Shown piece after piece: positions 25,529 through 35,237 of a DNA stretch of 64,000 nucleotides. The position numbers were made by a program, and so were the translations under genes. The stretch is taken from IMG/VR virus record IMGVR_UViG_3300042010_000106, positions 248,001 through 312,000 of that record. The stretch is one strand, 5' to 3'. The notes under the pieces are model-generated. The model was not told the DNA's origin. It made no database searches and was given only the letters and a program-made list of their open reading frames with translations. Positions within the stretch are counted from its first letter, which is position 1, and each line of letters starts with the position of its first letter.

Positions 25529-26572
25529 ATGCTGGAAGGTATTGCAACATCTGACTTCCACCTTGACGGGTTGAACAAACATTTCATCAATGCAAATGAT
25601 CGTATCTTTGCAGAGTGGGACAAGATTTGCCAATACGCTTTAGCTAACGGCATCAAACACATCTTTATCCCCGGTGATATGTCGGATACACCACTGCTGG
25701 ATTGGGATACGTACACGAAGCTTTTCCTGCATCTGAAAAAGTATGACGGGATTCTGAATACGTATTACATGATTGGCAACCACGACGTGGCCGACAGTGA
25801 AAACACGTCGATGAATTTCTTGAATACCCTCGCACAAGCAGGCGTGTTCAAGACGTTCAAAATCTACATGAAACCAAAGCGTGAAATCATTGACAACGTG
25901 CCGGTGAATTTCATTCCGTGGTATGCAGGTCAAATGAAAACCCTTTCGGATGGTAAGGAAGGTGCATTGAATTTCGCACACGTTGAATACACGGGTGCCA
26001 TTGGTGATAACGGTCGCCTGCTGAAAACAAAGCATGAATTGATCACCAATAAAAACGATTACACAATCAGCGGACACATTCACCAATATCAGGTGCTGGA
26101 ATCCAAACGCGCCTTGTATTGCGGCAATCCATTCCAAAAGAACTTTGGTGAGGATTTGCCAAAAGGTTTCGTGCATTTCAAAGCTGAATTGAAAGGCAAT
26201 AAGATTGAATTGACGCATAAACGCGTTGATAACAAACCAAACTTTACGCTGCAAAACGTCATTATCGAAGACATTAACCATTTCAAGAAGCTGGAACATA
26301 GCGATAGCATTCGTTATAAGCTGCACGTTAGCGCAGACGTGCCTATTCCTGCTGATTTGATGCTGCAATACCCGAACATTACGGGCGGCATTTGGGTACA
26401 TGGTCAAAAGAAAAAGGATTCAAAGGAAGAAGAGGTTAAAATCACCAAAACAGAGGTGAATATGCGTACTGGTCTAAAGAAGTTCTTAGGTGCTGAAGGA
26501 ATGGATAAAGACCAAATCAAACGTGCAACCGCCGAGGTTAAAGCAGCACAGAATCACCTCGGATTTAGTTAA
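25529..26572 (+). CDS. SbcD/Mre11 (gp47-like) metallophosphoesterase nuclease
   Basis: SDFH, PGD, GNHD and SGHIH motifs. Confidence 0.92.
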   Translation: MLEGIATSDFHLDGLNKHFINANDRIFAEWDKICQYALANGIKHIFIPGDMSDTPLLDWDTYTKLFLHLKKYDGILNTYYMIGNHDVADSENTSMNFLNTLAQAGVFKTFKIYMKPKREIIDNVPVNFIPWYAGQMKTLSDGKEGALNFAHVEYTGAIGDNGRLLKTKHELITNKNDYTISGHIHQYQVLESKRALYCGNPFQKNFGEDLPKGFVHFKAELKGNKIELTHKRVDNKPNFTLQNVIIEDINHFKKLEHSDSIRYKLHVSADVPIPADLMLQYPNITGGIWVHGQKKKDSKEEEVKITKTEVNMRTGLKKFLGAEGMDKDQIKRATAEVKAAQNHLGFS

Positions 26573-26606
26573 GGAAATTCACGAGTTTTCGCCGGATTGG
26601 GGCATA

Positions 26607-26614
26607 CTAATTTA
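26607..26614 (+). promoter_or_regulatory. CTAATTTA candidate late-promoter box
   Basis: Similar NTAATTT[AT] boxes at 9404(-), 28177, 32475 and 54769, all before probable virion genes. Confidence 0.35.
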
Positions 26615-26691
26615 TATTTAGGTTGGGTACATCGTGGCGCTACGATTGGATTCCAACTGTATACTCCAATCCCACGAAGGTAGTGATTACC

Positions 26692-28101
26692 ATGGCTAAG
26701 ACTGTTGTTGTTCGTAAGGACACCAGCGCTGCTGCTAAGAAGGCTGCTAAAGTAGCCAAGCAAGCGCGCAACAAAAACAAAGGTAAGCTGAACGCAAAAG
26801 CTAAACGCGAATACAAGCACCTTTCCCCGAAACAGAAAAAAGCGCATCTGGAAAAAGTGGTTTGGCGTAAAGCCAAGGCCCACGGCGCCACTGATGCCGA
26901 AGCCGATAAGGCCGTACTGATTTACAAAAAACGTCGTCAACATCGGAATGCTGGTAAGCACGCCGCTGAACAACGCCGTCAAGCTACCAGTCTGCAAAAG
27001 CAGGTTCGTGGCAACATCAAAATGAAAGCGAAGAAAATCTCTGACTCTCACAAGAAAGCACTGCAAAAGATTCGCACCGCCAAAGTTGCACCGGCTGTGA
27101 AATCGAAAATGCGCAATGCTGAAAAGCAACGTTACGCCGCCGAACGCACTCAACTGGCGAAAGAGCGTAACAAAGCTGTGAAGTCGCACGCATCGCGTCT
27201 GACCAAGATCAAAGCAGTTGCACAGAAGCACGGCCCAATCAAGCTTTCGAGCCTGATTTCCAACTTCAGCAAACGCACTCTCGGCCAGAAAGGCAAGCGT
27301 CTGAAAACCGTAAGCGATAAGCCGAAAGTTGCTCAGACCAAAGCCGGTGGCGCAATGAAGAAACCAACCGCCGCGAAAAAGCCACGTGCCGCGAAATCGG
27401 TTGGTAGCGAAGTTGCTGCAATTGCCGACAAAGCATTCGGTGTGAAAGGGAAGCCGGGCCGCAAGCCTAAAAACCCTACCCCAGCCGCTGATGCTCCAGT
27501 AGCCAAAACCAAACGCGCTTACGTGCGTAAGGCAAAAACTGCTGAAACCGCCGCCAAAGCTGCACCGGCTGCAAAAGCCACCAAGGGTAAGAAAAACCCT
27601 ACCACCAAAGTAGCCACTCCAGCTACCGAGGGTAAGCCAAAACGCGCTTACAACAAGAAGCCAAAAGTTGAAGCTGCCGAGGCTCCAAAAGCCAAACGTG
27701 CCTACAACAAAAAGCCGAAAGTTGAAGCTGCTCCGGCTGAAGTGAAAACCAAGCGTAAATATACGCGTAAGGCCAAGCCTGAAGCTGCCCCGGCTGCTGA
27801 AGTGAAAACCAAACGCAAATATACCCGTAAGGACAAGGCCGCTGCTCCTGCTGCCGAAGCCCCAAAGGCAAAACGCGCTTACAACAAAAAGCCAAAAGCT
27901 GATGCCGCTCCGGCTGCAAAAGCTCCGGCCAAAACCGGTAAGAAAGCTGCTGCTAAACCAGCCGCTAAAGCACCAGCCAAAACCGCTGCGAAAGCTCCGG
28001 CAAAAGGCGGCGCTAAAGCCAAATCCGGCGCGGCAATCCCGCAAAAGAAAACCGCAGCTAAACCAGCCAAGTCTGGTAACAAGCGCGCTACCCTGAACTA
28101 A
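26692..28101 (+). CDS. Histone H1-like Lys/Ala/Pro-rich DNA-binding protein (~470 aa)
   Basis: Likely start MAKTVVVRK at 26692; extremely K/A/P-rich; KPGRKPK AT-hook-like motif and tandem KR[AK]Y[NTV][KR]K repeats. Confidence 0.8.
   Translation: MAKTVVVRKDTSAAAKKAAKVAKQARNKNKGKLNAKAKREYKHLSPKQKKAHLEKVVWRKAKAHGATDAEADKAVLIYKKRRQHRNAGKHAAEQRRQATSLQKQVRGNIKMKAKKISDSHKKALQKIRTAKVAPAVKSKMRNAEKQRYAAERTQLAKERNKAVKSHASRLTKIKAVAQKHGPIKLSSLISNFSKRTLGQKGKRLKTVSDKPKVAQTKAGGAMKKPTAAKKPRAAKSVGSEVAAIADKAFGVKGKPGRKPKNPTPAADAPVAKTKRAYVRKAKTAETAAKAAPAAKATKGKKNPTTKVATPATEGKPKRAYNKKPKVEAAEAPKAKRAYNKKPKVEAAPAEVKTKRKYTRKAKPEAAPAAEVKTKRKYTRKDKAAAPAAEAPKAKRAYNKKPKADAAPAAKAPAKTGKKAAAKPAAKAPAKTAAKAPAKGGAKAKSGAAIPQKKTAAKPAKSGNKRATLN
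27511..27918 (+). repeat. Degenerate coding repeats; five tandem 54-60 nt units plus one separated copy
   Basis: KR-x-Y cores start at 27511, 27640, 27694, 27751, 27811 and 27871. Confidence 0.85.
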
Positions 28102-28127
28102 TAGTTTTGGGTTAGGTTACACCAAGA

Positions 28128-28164
28128 AACCCGGTATTCCATTCATTTGGGTGCCGGGTTTTTT
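28128..28164 (+). terminator. Intrinsic terminator after the histone-like gene
   Basis: AACCCGGTATTC...GGGTGCCGGGTT-TTTT. Confidence 0.8.
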
Positions 28165-28201
28165 GCGTTCTACACGCTAATTTTACTGTATATCCACTGT
28201 C

Positions 28202-29212
28202 TTGGGTGTTCCCGCATTGCAAATACAATCAAAATACATTGATGACAATCCAAATGTCATTGATTTAAAGAATGCCCGAAACGCTAATGAAGTGATTACA
28301 GTTCTTTCGAAGATCAACACAACATTTAGCGTATTGGTTGCCAAATTCAATCAAAAGAAGCTTCCATATTTGAAAGTTTCTGACGCCGTAGAAGCATTGA
28401 AATTCTGTGTTGATTCAATGGTAGAGATTCGTTGCGCCCGTTCGGTTGCGCAGGAGTTCAGCGATTCAAAACGCGACCGTTGTTTCAATATGATTGCAGC
28501 ACAGTTAACGAACATTCGGGACTTTCAAAAGACGCTGCTGGATTTGATCGACAGCGTATGCGCAACCCGTATGGATAAACACCTTTCGTTCTTGTCTGAA
28601 ACCGTATTCAAGATCCTTTCCAAAATCAGCAACACAACGCAGCTTCACGTACGCTTGCCAGATCAACAAATGATTTGCATTCGAACCGATAGCGGTGTGA
28701 CTGACAAAGACGGATACGTAAGCGGGCCAATCACAATCAAGCTGATGCTGGTTGGCGGCAATTATCGGATATCAATTCCTGATTCCCCATTCGTTGCATC
28801 TGAGGAATCCAACGTCTTCAATTCGAAAGACGTTCAATCGTATATCATGGGGAATTTGTCAGACTTCGCGCACGTTGGAAAGCCTGTGCCAAAGGATGAT
28901 CAATTGCTCGCATCGAACATGGTTCAAAGCGTTGACGTTACCGAGGAAGCATTGGTCGTTACGCTCAAACCTTCTGTGCGTCCCGATGATATCCAACGCT
29001 TGTTAACGCAGGTGCTTCCGTACCTGAAACGAGCTGTGAATTTGTCGGGCACGGATATCATTCACCGTGTCTCGCAATACGGCCCGAATCGCACAATCTC
29101 GTTTATTGTGGCAAAGCGTAAAGTGTATGATGCAAGGTCATTGACCAAGCTGACTAAATTGCTCGGCGCGTCGAAAACCGAAGTCGAAAAACTCAACTCA
29201 ATTATGGAATGA
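28202..29212 (+). CDS. Hypothetical protein (non-ATG start uncertain)
   Basis: 336 aa ORF from TTG; an in-frame TTG at 28217 is an alternative start. Confidence 0.7.
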   Translation: MGVPALQIQSKYIDDNPNVIDLKNARNANEVITVLSKINTTFSVLVAKFNQKKLPYLKVSDAVEALKFCVDSMVEIRCARSVAQEFSDSKRDRCFNMIAAQLTNIRDFQKTLLDLIDSVCATRMDKHLSFLSETVFKILSKISNTTQLHVRLPDQQMICIRTDSGVTDKDGYVSGPITIKLMLVGGNYRISIPDSPFVASEESNVFNSKDVQSYIMGNLSDFAHVGKPVPKDDQLLASNMVQSVDVTEEALVVTLKPSVRPDDIQRLLTQVLPYLKRAVNLSGTDIIHRVSQYGPNRTISFIVAKRKVYDARSLTKLTKLLGASKTEVEKLNSIME

Positions 29213-30366
29213 CCATGAAAATACCAAAGCCCTCGACATACGCCAAGATGGAGAAAATGTCGGACGCACAATTGACAGCGTATTTTGAAAAACGCCTGCC
29301 ACTGTACCGCCGTGCACTTGCTCGCTTGACATCGTTTCTGCGTCAAATGGTCGGTCGTGTGTTCAAAGGTAAAAACCTTGCAACTGCGTCTGATGTAATC
29401 CTGAACATTTCCGGTGGCGAAGGTGGCAAAACTTCCCATTCGGATTCGGGCACCAGCCTGACCGTTAGCAAGTTCGATCACCCCGGCCCGCGTAAGCTCG
29501 CTGGCTACATTGATGCACTGGAACAAATCGAATACATCGGCGAACTGGATTACCAGATTACCCGGTACGCTGACACTGAAAACAAATCGCTGCAAAAGGT
29601 TCAAAAACTTCGCGTGAGCATGTACAACAGTTTGGTTGACGCTTACGTTGAAGCAATTGAAGCAATGCGCGACATCGCCAAAAACAAACTGCCTGAACCA
29701 GTGGGCAATCTGTTCAAAGCAGCCAAGAAATACTTCGATCCAAAAGAAGTAGAATTCATTGAGAATTACAAGGCTGCAAACGACGGCGACGAACCGGAAC
29801 ACATGCTGGATTATTACATCAACGTCGGCGTGAAAGACAACGTTGTTGACATCGTTTTCAACGCAGACATTTCGCACTGGCCGCGTGAAACGAAAGAAGG
29901 TTTGATGGTCGCGGTAATCACCGTGCGCCTTGAACCAACTGAAGACGCGTTCACCATGAAAGCTTATGCGAACGTTCTGGATCGCGTGGGCCTGCCGGGT
30001 CGCTACAACATCGGCACCGAATTGAAAGGGAAAGACATTCCCGAAATCGCGAAGAAAATTCCGAAAGCTTTCGACATGGAATTGGCCGCGCACAACATCA
30101 TTTCGTTCATGGCTCCAGTTAACCTGAAGCTGGACGAAACCGAAGTTGAAGAACGTCTGATGAAAATCGAAGGCGTTAGCGGTGTTGTTGTAAATGACGA
30201 CGGCGTGATGATTGAAATGACCGATGATCGTGGTGTGCACCGTGAAGCAATGGCCGCGCTCGACACAATCCCATCGGTTAAAAAGCTGATTCGTTCGGGT
30301 TATTCTCGCACGCTGGCAAACCCTTCGCCGGGTAGCTACCTGTACAGCGTAACTCTGAAGAGCTGA
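29209..30366 (+). CDS. Probable virion protein
   Basis: 385 aa, strong codon bias, carries LATAS-DVILNISGG. Confidence 0.7.
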   Translation: MTMKIPKPSTYAKMEKMSDAQLTAYFEKRLPLYRRALARLTSFLRQMVGRVFKGKNLATASDVILNISGGEGGKTSHSDSGTSLTVSKFDHPGPRKLAGYIDALEQIEYIGELDYQITRYADTENKSLQKVQKLRVSMYNSLVDAYVEAIEAMRDIAKNKLPEPVGNLFKAAKKYFDPKEVEFIENYKAANDGDEPEHMLDYYINVGVKDNVVDIVFNADISHWPRETKEGLMVAVITVRLEPTEDAFTMKAYANVLDRVGLPGRYNIGTELKGKDIPEIAKKIPKAFDMELAAHNIISFMAPVNLKLDETEVEERLMKIEGVSGVVVNDDGVMIEMTDDRGVHREAMAALDTIPSVKKLIRSGYSRTLANPSPGSYLYSVTLKS

Positions 30367-31262
30367 TGTATACGCATATCGGCATGCCGTTTGATTTTCG
30401 TCTTTCGGCATGGCCTTACGGCGGCGATAGGTACGTCACGACGTACAACACTGACCGTTATCAAATCGACATTCGTGCGATTTGCGATTACGTCGAAGAA
30501 CAACTGCGCAAATCTCCTTTAGCATTCGTGCTGAAAACGACGTTCACGCTTGTGAATCTTTATTCAGGATTCACCGATACAAGCGTGGGCCTCGTTATGG
30601 AGCCTGCAAAGAAAGTTCGACGCGATCAAGTTGTGTTCACATTCACCCGGACAAACGTAGACGAATCGGGCGATCCGATGTTTATGCACTGGCTGAACAA
30701 TTACACAATTCAGTGGGGAACAAATACGAGTCGCAGTTCTGATTACATTTCAATTGCCGTTCCAATCACTGTAGCGACACGTGCCCGCCTTCAGCAAATG
30801 ACGGACAGGGAACAGAAAGCGCTATACGACATTGTGGGCGGCTATTCGAAAGCTGTGATTCGTTCGATCCACGAATACGACGGTTCGGTTTTATCCACGC
30901 GGAATTTCCTACGCTACACAATCCCACGCGCCATGTTCTATATGGCGATTAGCGATTGGCAGTACGTGTTGGACTTCTGGAAACGCATGCCGGATTTGAT
31001 ACACGTTAACTGGACTCCGAAATTCATCGAATATTACGTTCGATACATTGCGCCTAAGCTGCCTGACCGCAAACGCAGCAAGTATTACGCGCAGTACGAA
31101 GAGGAAGTGCAGGAACACTTACGGCAATTCGTTCTCCGGTATCTGCAAAACACCGTGCAAAAAGAAGAAGTTAATCTGGTTGCACTTTTACCCGCAGATG
31201 ACGCAATGATTCACGACGTTGAAACGTTGGTGTTTAATCTGTCGAAGGGGATAATCGCATGA
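30366..31262 (+). CDS. Hypothetical protein
   Basis: 298 aa, TGATG-coupled. Confidence 0.8.
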   Translation: MYTHIGMPFDFRLSAWPYGGDRYVTTYNTDRYQIDIRAICDYVEEQLRKSPLAFVLKTTFTLVNLYSGFTDTSVGLVMEPAKKVRRDQVVFTFTRTNVDESGDPMFMHWLNNYTIQWGTNTSRSSDYISIAVPITVATRARLQQMTDREQKALYDIVGGYSKAVIRSIHEYDGSVLSTRNFLRYTIPRAMFYMAISDWQYVLDFWKRMPDLIHVNWTPKFIEYYVRYIAPKLPDRKRSKYYAQYEEEVQEHLRQFVLRYLQNTVQKEEVNLVALLPADDAMIHDVETLVFNLSKGIIA

Positions 31263-32473
31263 CGAATGTTTATGAAGGGCAGACGGCTACGATTTCCGAG
31301 GAATTTCTTGATGATTTCGATCAAGTTATTTTGCCTCGCGAATCTACGCCTGCCCCGTTGGTGCGATTATTCGACACTGACAAAACAATCATCGCTGAAG
31401 TCTACGCAAAGCCAGATCCAAAGATTGCGGGAACGTGGGTTGCTGATATCCCAATCCCGAACATGGATTTGCGCGACACTACGAAGTTTGTAGCGAAGTG
31501 GAGTTTCGAAAGCGACGAAGGTGTACACACTGCAAAAACAACGATAATGGTAGAGCCTGCAACAATGGGGCGCGAATCCGACATTGTGATTTTGTGTGGA
31601 CACGACAGCCGTATGCAGGTGACGATTCCAACGAAAGTAAAGTTGGGTGTTGCTGAAAGAAAAGCAGACCTTGCCCGCGCAGTTAAGGCACGGCCTGCAA
31701 AGGAAGGCGACTCGCTTTCAATGTCGCTTTACTACAACAACAAAGCCGTATTCGAAGCACTCGACAGTACAAACACTGCCGTGAAAATCGAAACGTCTGA
31801 AAACAAAACATTAATCGACATGCCTGCTGTTGTTGGTAAACCAGCAATGGCACCAATGTCGTTGATCGTTAAGCACAAACCAACACGGAAAATTGCAGAA
31901 ACTTCCTACACCTACAAAGTGTGGGCGGTTACTCCGCAAATCCTGTTGGCTGCGCGACAACTTGAAGATTTCATCGACAAGGCGCGCATTGCGAATATCA
32001 TTCCTGAGTTGGAATATACACAGGGTGATTTGCTGGAATTCTTGACGCGGGGCCTGATGTATTTCAACGCTTTGCAACCGGTAATGACAGCGTTTACAGG
32101 AACCAATATGCAAGGGCCTTTGATGAACTGTTGGTTGGTTTGTTCCAGCCAATACGCATTAGGGGCACAAGCACAGGCAGAAGGCGCATTAGCTTTTGAT
32201 TTCGGTGGTCAAACCGTTAGCCTGAACATCGACCGCACCCCTGCAATTGAAGCGGCATTAGGTCGCATTGATGCAGAGATTGAAGGGATGGTTAAACCAT
32301 ACAAAAAACTGCTTGGTAAAACAGGCGTTCTGGATGGTGACGGTTCACAAGGCGGCAAATTCATTGACGGTTCCAGTCACATGGGCGTTCTTGGTTTGTC
32401 GAATACTCCATTGACACGAATTGGCCGTGGCCGAAGTGGCATGAGTTCCAGTTTCTACCGATCTTTCTTCTAA
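31259..32473 (+). CDS. Probable neck / head-tail adaptor protein
   Basis: Ig-like beta N-terminus; C-terminal AFDFGGQTVSLNIDR...IDAEI pattern recalled from myovirus neck proteins; late-gene context. Confidence 0.45.
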   Translation: MTNVYEGQTATISEEFLDDFDQVILPRESTPAPLVRLFDTDKTIIAEVYAKPDPKIAGTWVADIPIPNMDLRDTTKFVAKWSFESDEGVHTAKTTIMVEPATMGRESDIVILCGHDSRMQVTIPTKVKLGVAERKADLARAVKARPAKEGDSLSMSLYYNNKAVFEALDSTNTAVKIETSENKTLIDMPAVVGKPAMAPMSLIVKHKPTRKIAETSYTYKVWAVTPQILLAARQLEDFIDKARIANIIPELEYTQGDLLEFLTRGLMYFNALQPVMTAFTGTNMQGPLMNCWLVCSSQYALGAQAQAEGALAFDFGGQTVSLNIDRTPAIEAALGRIDAEIEGMVKPYKKLLGKTGVLDGDGSQGGKFIDGSSHMGVLGLSNTPLTRIGRGRSGMSSSFYRSFF

Positions 32474-32522
32474 GTTAATTTAAACTAGAGAAAACAAACT
32501 CTTTACAAAGTGGAGATACACA

Positions 32523-33371
32523 ATGAGCTTTAACCTTTCTCGCGCTGCTACCGCTTTGGTTTCGGGCGCTCACAAAGAAGTTGCAACCGTTACCATTCGT
32601 GATGCTGTGCAAATTGATGATCGTTTCGCACGCGTCATTGCCACCGCATCCGCCACCGCTACCCCGGCACAAGTTGCTGAAGGTATCAAACAACAATTCC
32701 GTGGCGCCGTAGCCATTCCGGGTTCGTTCGTTGCTCTGTCTTCCAGCAAAGCCATGACCGTATTCGAAGGCATCGTTGGCGTTGTTGCACAGCGCGTTGT
32801 TCTGACCGATGAAAATCGTGAGAATTACAAAGCCGTTGCTGCAAACATGTTCATGGACGAAGGCGAACAACTTTGGTCGCTGCGTCAAACCGCAACCGGT
32901 CAAGTTCTGGTGAAAGCCGCTGATAGCGAAGCTGATCACGCTGTCATGAAACATCTGATGGCCTGTGCATCGACCGATTACAACCAATTCGAACACCGCG
33001 ATATCGGCGTAGAAAATGCGCAAATTCGTGCAAGCGTTCAAGGTGGTGATTTGGTTTCGTATATCAGCCAGCAAAGCGCCGACCTGCAAATGGGTATCGC
33101 CACTGCTTCGGTTGAAAACGAAGACGGCACCGATGCTCACATGATCGCTGTTGTTCGTCCAAACGGCCAAGCCGAAACCGTTAACCGCGAAATGATCGTG
33201 GTTGCCGCTACCTTCGAAGAAGACGCCGAAGACATCAAGGAAGCCGAAACCGCTACCGCTGGTGCAATGGACGTTGAACGTTTCAATTCGTATTACGCTC
33301 GCGTGTTCGCACGTCGTCCTGCGTACTTCGAAGAATTCATGAAACGTGTTCGTTCGTACGTGTTCATGTAA
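32523..33371 (+). CDS. Probable abundant virion/head protein with several xATA[SG] motifs
   Basis: 282 aa, own TTAATTTA box, GGAG SD and terminator; strong codon bias. Confidence 0.65.
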   Translation: MSFNLSRAATALVSGAHKEVATVTIRDAVQIDDRFARVIATASATATPAQVAEGIKQQFRGAVAIPGSFVALSSSKAMTVFEGIVGVVAQRVVLTDENRENYKAVAANMFMDEGEQLWSLRQTATGQVLVKAADSEADHAVMKHLMACASTDYNQFEHRDIGVENAQIRASVQGGDLVSYISQQSADLQMGIATASVENEDGTDAHMIAVVRPNGQAETVNREMIVVAATFEEDAEDIKEAETATAGAMDVERFNSYYARVFARRPAYFEEFMKRVRSYVFM

Positions 33372-33393
33372 GAAAAAATAGCTGCACACAATC

Positions 33394-33413
33394 GGGGGCC
33401 TTTGCCCCCTTTT
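33394..33413 (+). terminator. Intrinsic terminator
   Basis: GGGGGC-CTTT-GCCCCC-TTTT. Confidence 0.75.
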
Positions 33414-33436
33414 GTCGATTTATGGTCGGGGGAAAT

Positions 33437-34237
33437 ATGGCGAAGAAATCAAAGGACGTTGTTTTTGACGTTAGTGGGGGCAGCACAAAGATTGACGAAC
33501 GTGGAAAGCTGCGCAACCGTGACGCAGACGAAGCCGACCGTGGATCAATGGGCAGTAAAGGCAAGAAGAAAAAGAAAAGCAAGATTGAAAAGCGTGAAGC
33601 AATTGTAATCGAAGATAACACGTACAAAGCTGGACAAGAAAAGAAGAAAAAGAAACGCAAAACTTCCGACTCTACAGAAGTCATTCTACCGAAGAAAAAG
33701 AAACGTTTGCCTGTCACCATTGAAGGTGAAAAAAGCCTCGTTGTACTGAAGGCAACGAAAGGCGACCAGAAGAAACTCGCGAAGGCTCAAGCAGCCATCG
33801 AAGAATTTAACGAATTGCCACCTCCTGTTGATGAATTCGACGCGGTGATTCGTGCCAAGTTTGAAGCGCAAGTAGACCTTGCCGCTCGGCTTGAAGAACA
33901 AATGGAAGACCGTATTTATGCACGGGATGTTTACGCATTGAACACCGTGTATAACCAGATTCGGGAAATGATTGCAGACCTGCGCGCAAGCCGTGACGTG
34001 AGCGCACAAGTTGATGAAATTCAAACGGTAGTTATTCTGCCGTATCACCGCGTTGTCGGTGAAGCACTTGGTTTGATTTTCTTCCACGTAGAAGGCTCCA
34101 TTCGCAAATTCGTAAAGGATGGGGATTTGCAGGAAGAGATTATCAAGAAGCTGAAGAACTCGATTCACGAAAGTGCTGTGCAATTGCAGGGTGAATACAA
34201 CGCCGCGACTGATCGCGTACGGAAAGTATTGCTATGA
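33437..34237 (+). CDS. Lys-rich protein with helical C-domain; possible small terminase subunit
   Basis: Start MAKKSKDVVFDVSGG at 33437; ARDVYALNTVYNQIREMIADL helix loosely recalls T4 gp16; next to an HNH gene. Confidence 0.35.
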   Translation: MAKKSKDVVFDVSGGSTKIDERGKLRNRDADEADRGSMGSKGKKKKKSKIEKREAIVIEDNTYKAGQEKKKKKRKTSDSTEVILPKKKKRLPVTIEGEKSLVVLKATKGDQKKLAKAQAAIEEFNELPPPVDEFDAVIRAKFEAQVDLAARLEEQMEDRIYARDVYALNTVYNQIREMIADLRASRDVSAQVDEIQTVVILPYHRVVGEALGLIFFHVEGSIRKFVKDGDLQEEIIKKLKNSIHESAVQLQGEYNAATDRVRKVLL

Positions 34238-34563
34238 CAGTTAAGCGCGTTAAGCCTGCGAAGGTGCGCAATACAGCCAGCACGCAAAAGATTGGTGGCG
34301 TTTCTAAAATACGTCGTAAATCCGCAGACGTTTACGGTTCACGTACCGCGTGGATGGAACTTCGCGAAAGAGTGATTGCACGTGACGGGCGCCAATGCCG
34401 TTTGTGCCATTGTAAAACGAATCTGCAAGTTGACCATATTCGACCGGCTGCGCGTGGTGGGCAAACGATCATGACGAACCTTTGGACGTTGTGTGCTGAT
34501 TGCCATTCCAAACGCCCCGGCCACGCCGCCGCAAAACATTTGATCTTGGCGAAAAAGAAATGA
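34234..34563 (+). CDS. HNH endonuclease
   Basis: CRLC...LQVDHIRPAARGG...NLWTLCADCHSKR. Confidence 0.92.
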   Translation: MTVKRVKPAKVRNTASTQKIGGVSKIRRKSADVYGSRTAWMELRERVIARDGRQCRLCHCKTNLQVDHIRPAARGGQTIMTNLWTLCADCHSKRPGHAAAKHLILAKKK

Positions 34564-35237
34564 AGCTACCGACAGATATCAGCGACGACTTTCAAGAATC
34601 ATGGGCAGCCTTTACAGAGATACCCGCAACAAAAGCGCTGGAACCTGCCGTTTTAGCTGAATGTTTTCGGATTTATCTGTCGCAGGCTGGCATCAAAACG
34701 CAAAGTTTAAAAACACTCAAGGATTATTTAACTGTAAATAAACTGTATGGCAAATTTAATCGTCTCGTTACGACTAGATATATGCTCTATCAACTGCAAC
34801 CCGTTCAACACAAATTCGAAATTGATTTGCATGAGAATCGGCTGATCAATATCGTTAATGGTGTAACGATTCGCGGACAGGTAAAGCTGAAGCCCCAACG
34901 GTTTGCACTGAAATACTTGCTGGAACGAATGGTTTCTTTGAAGGTGTTTCCAAACATGCCTGAACAGTTGCGATCCGTTACAGATTACAAGACAACGAAA
35001 GATGCGAGAGCCGCACACGCATCAAAGCTGGTCGGTTCCATTTCGCAATTGCGTGACCGGCATTTCGTATTAGTGCATCGTGATTCCGACATTGTTCTAA
35101 AGGTTGCTCGCCTGAAAAACGATTACCTTGTGCTGGATTACGCAGTTACTTTTCCTGAAACTTTCCCCCTTTATCCAAACGTAGAAAAACAGCTCACAGC
35201 CGTATGGCGAAGGGCAACAATCGGAGACTTTCGATGA
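34560..35237 (+). CDS. Hypothetical protein
   Basis: Start MKLPTD at 34560, ATGA-coupled. Confidence 0.75.
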   Translation: MKLPTDISDDFQESWAAFTEIPATKALEPAVLAECFRIYLSQAGIKTQSLKTLKDYLTVNKLYGKFNRLVTTRYMLYQLQPVQHKFEIDLHENRLINIVNGVTIRGQVKLKPQRFALKYLLERMVSLKVFPNMPEQLRSVTDYKTTKDARAAHASKLVGSISQLRDRHFVLVHRDSDIVLKVARLKNDYLVLDYAVTFPETFPLYPNVEKQLTAVWRRATIGDFR

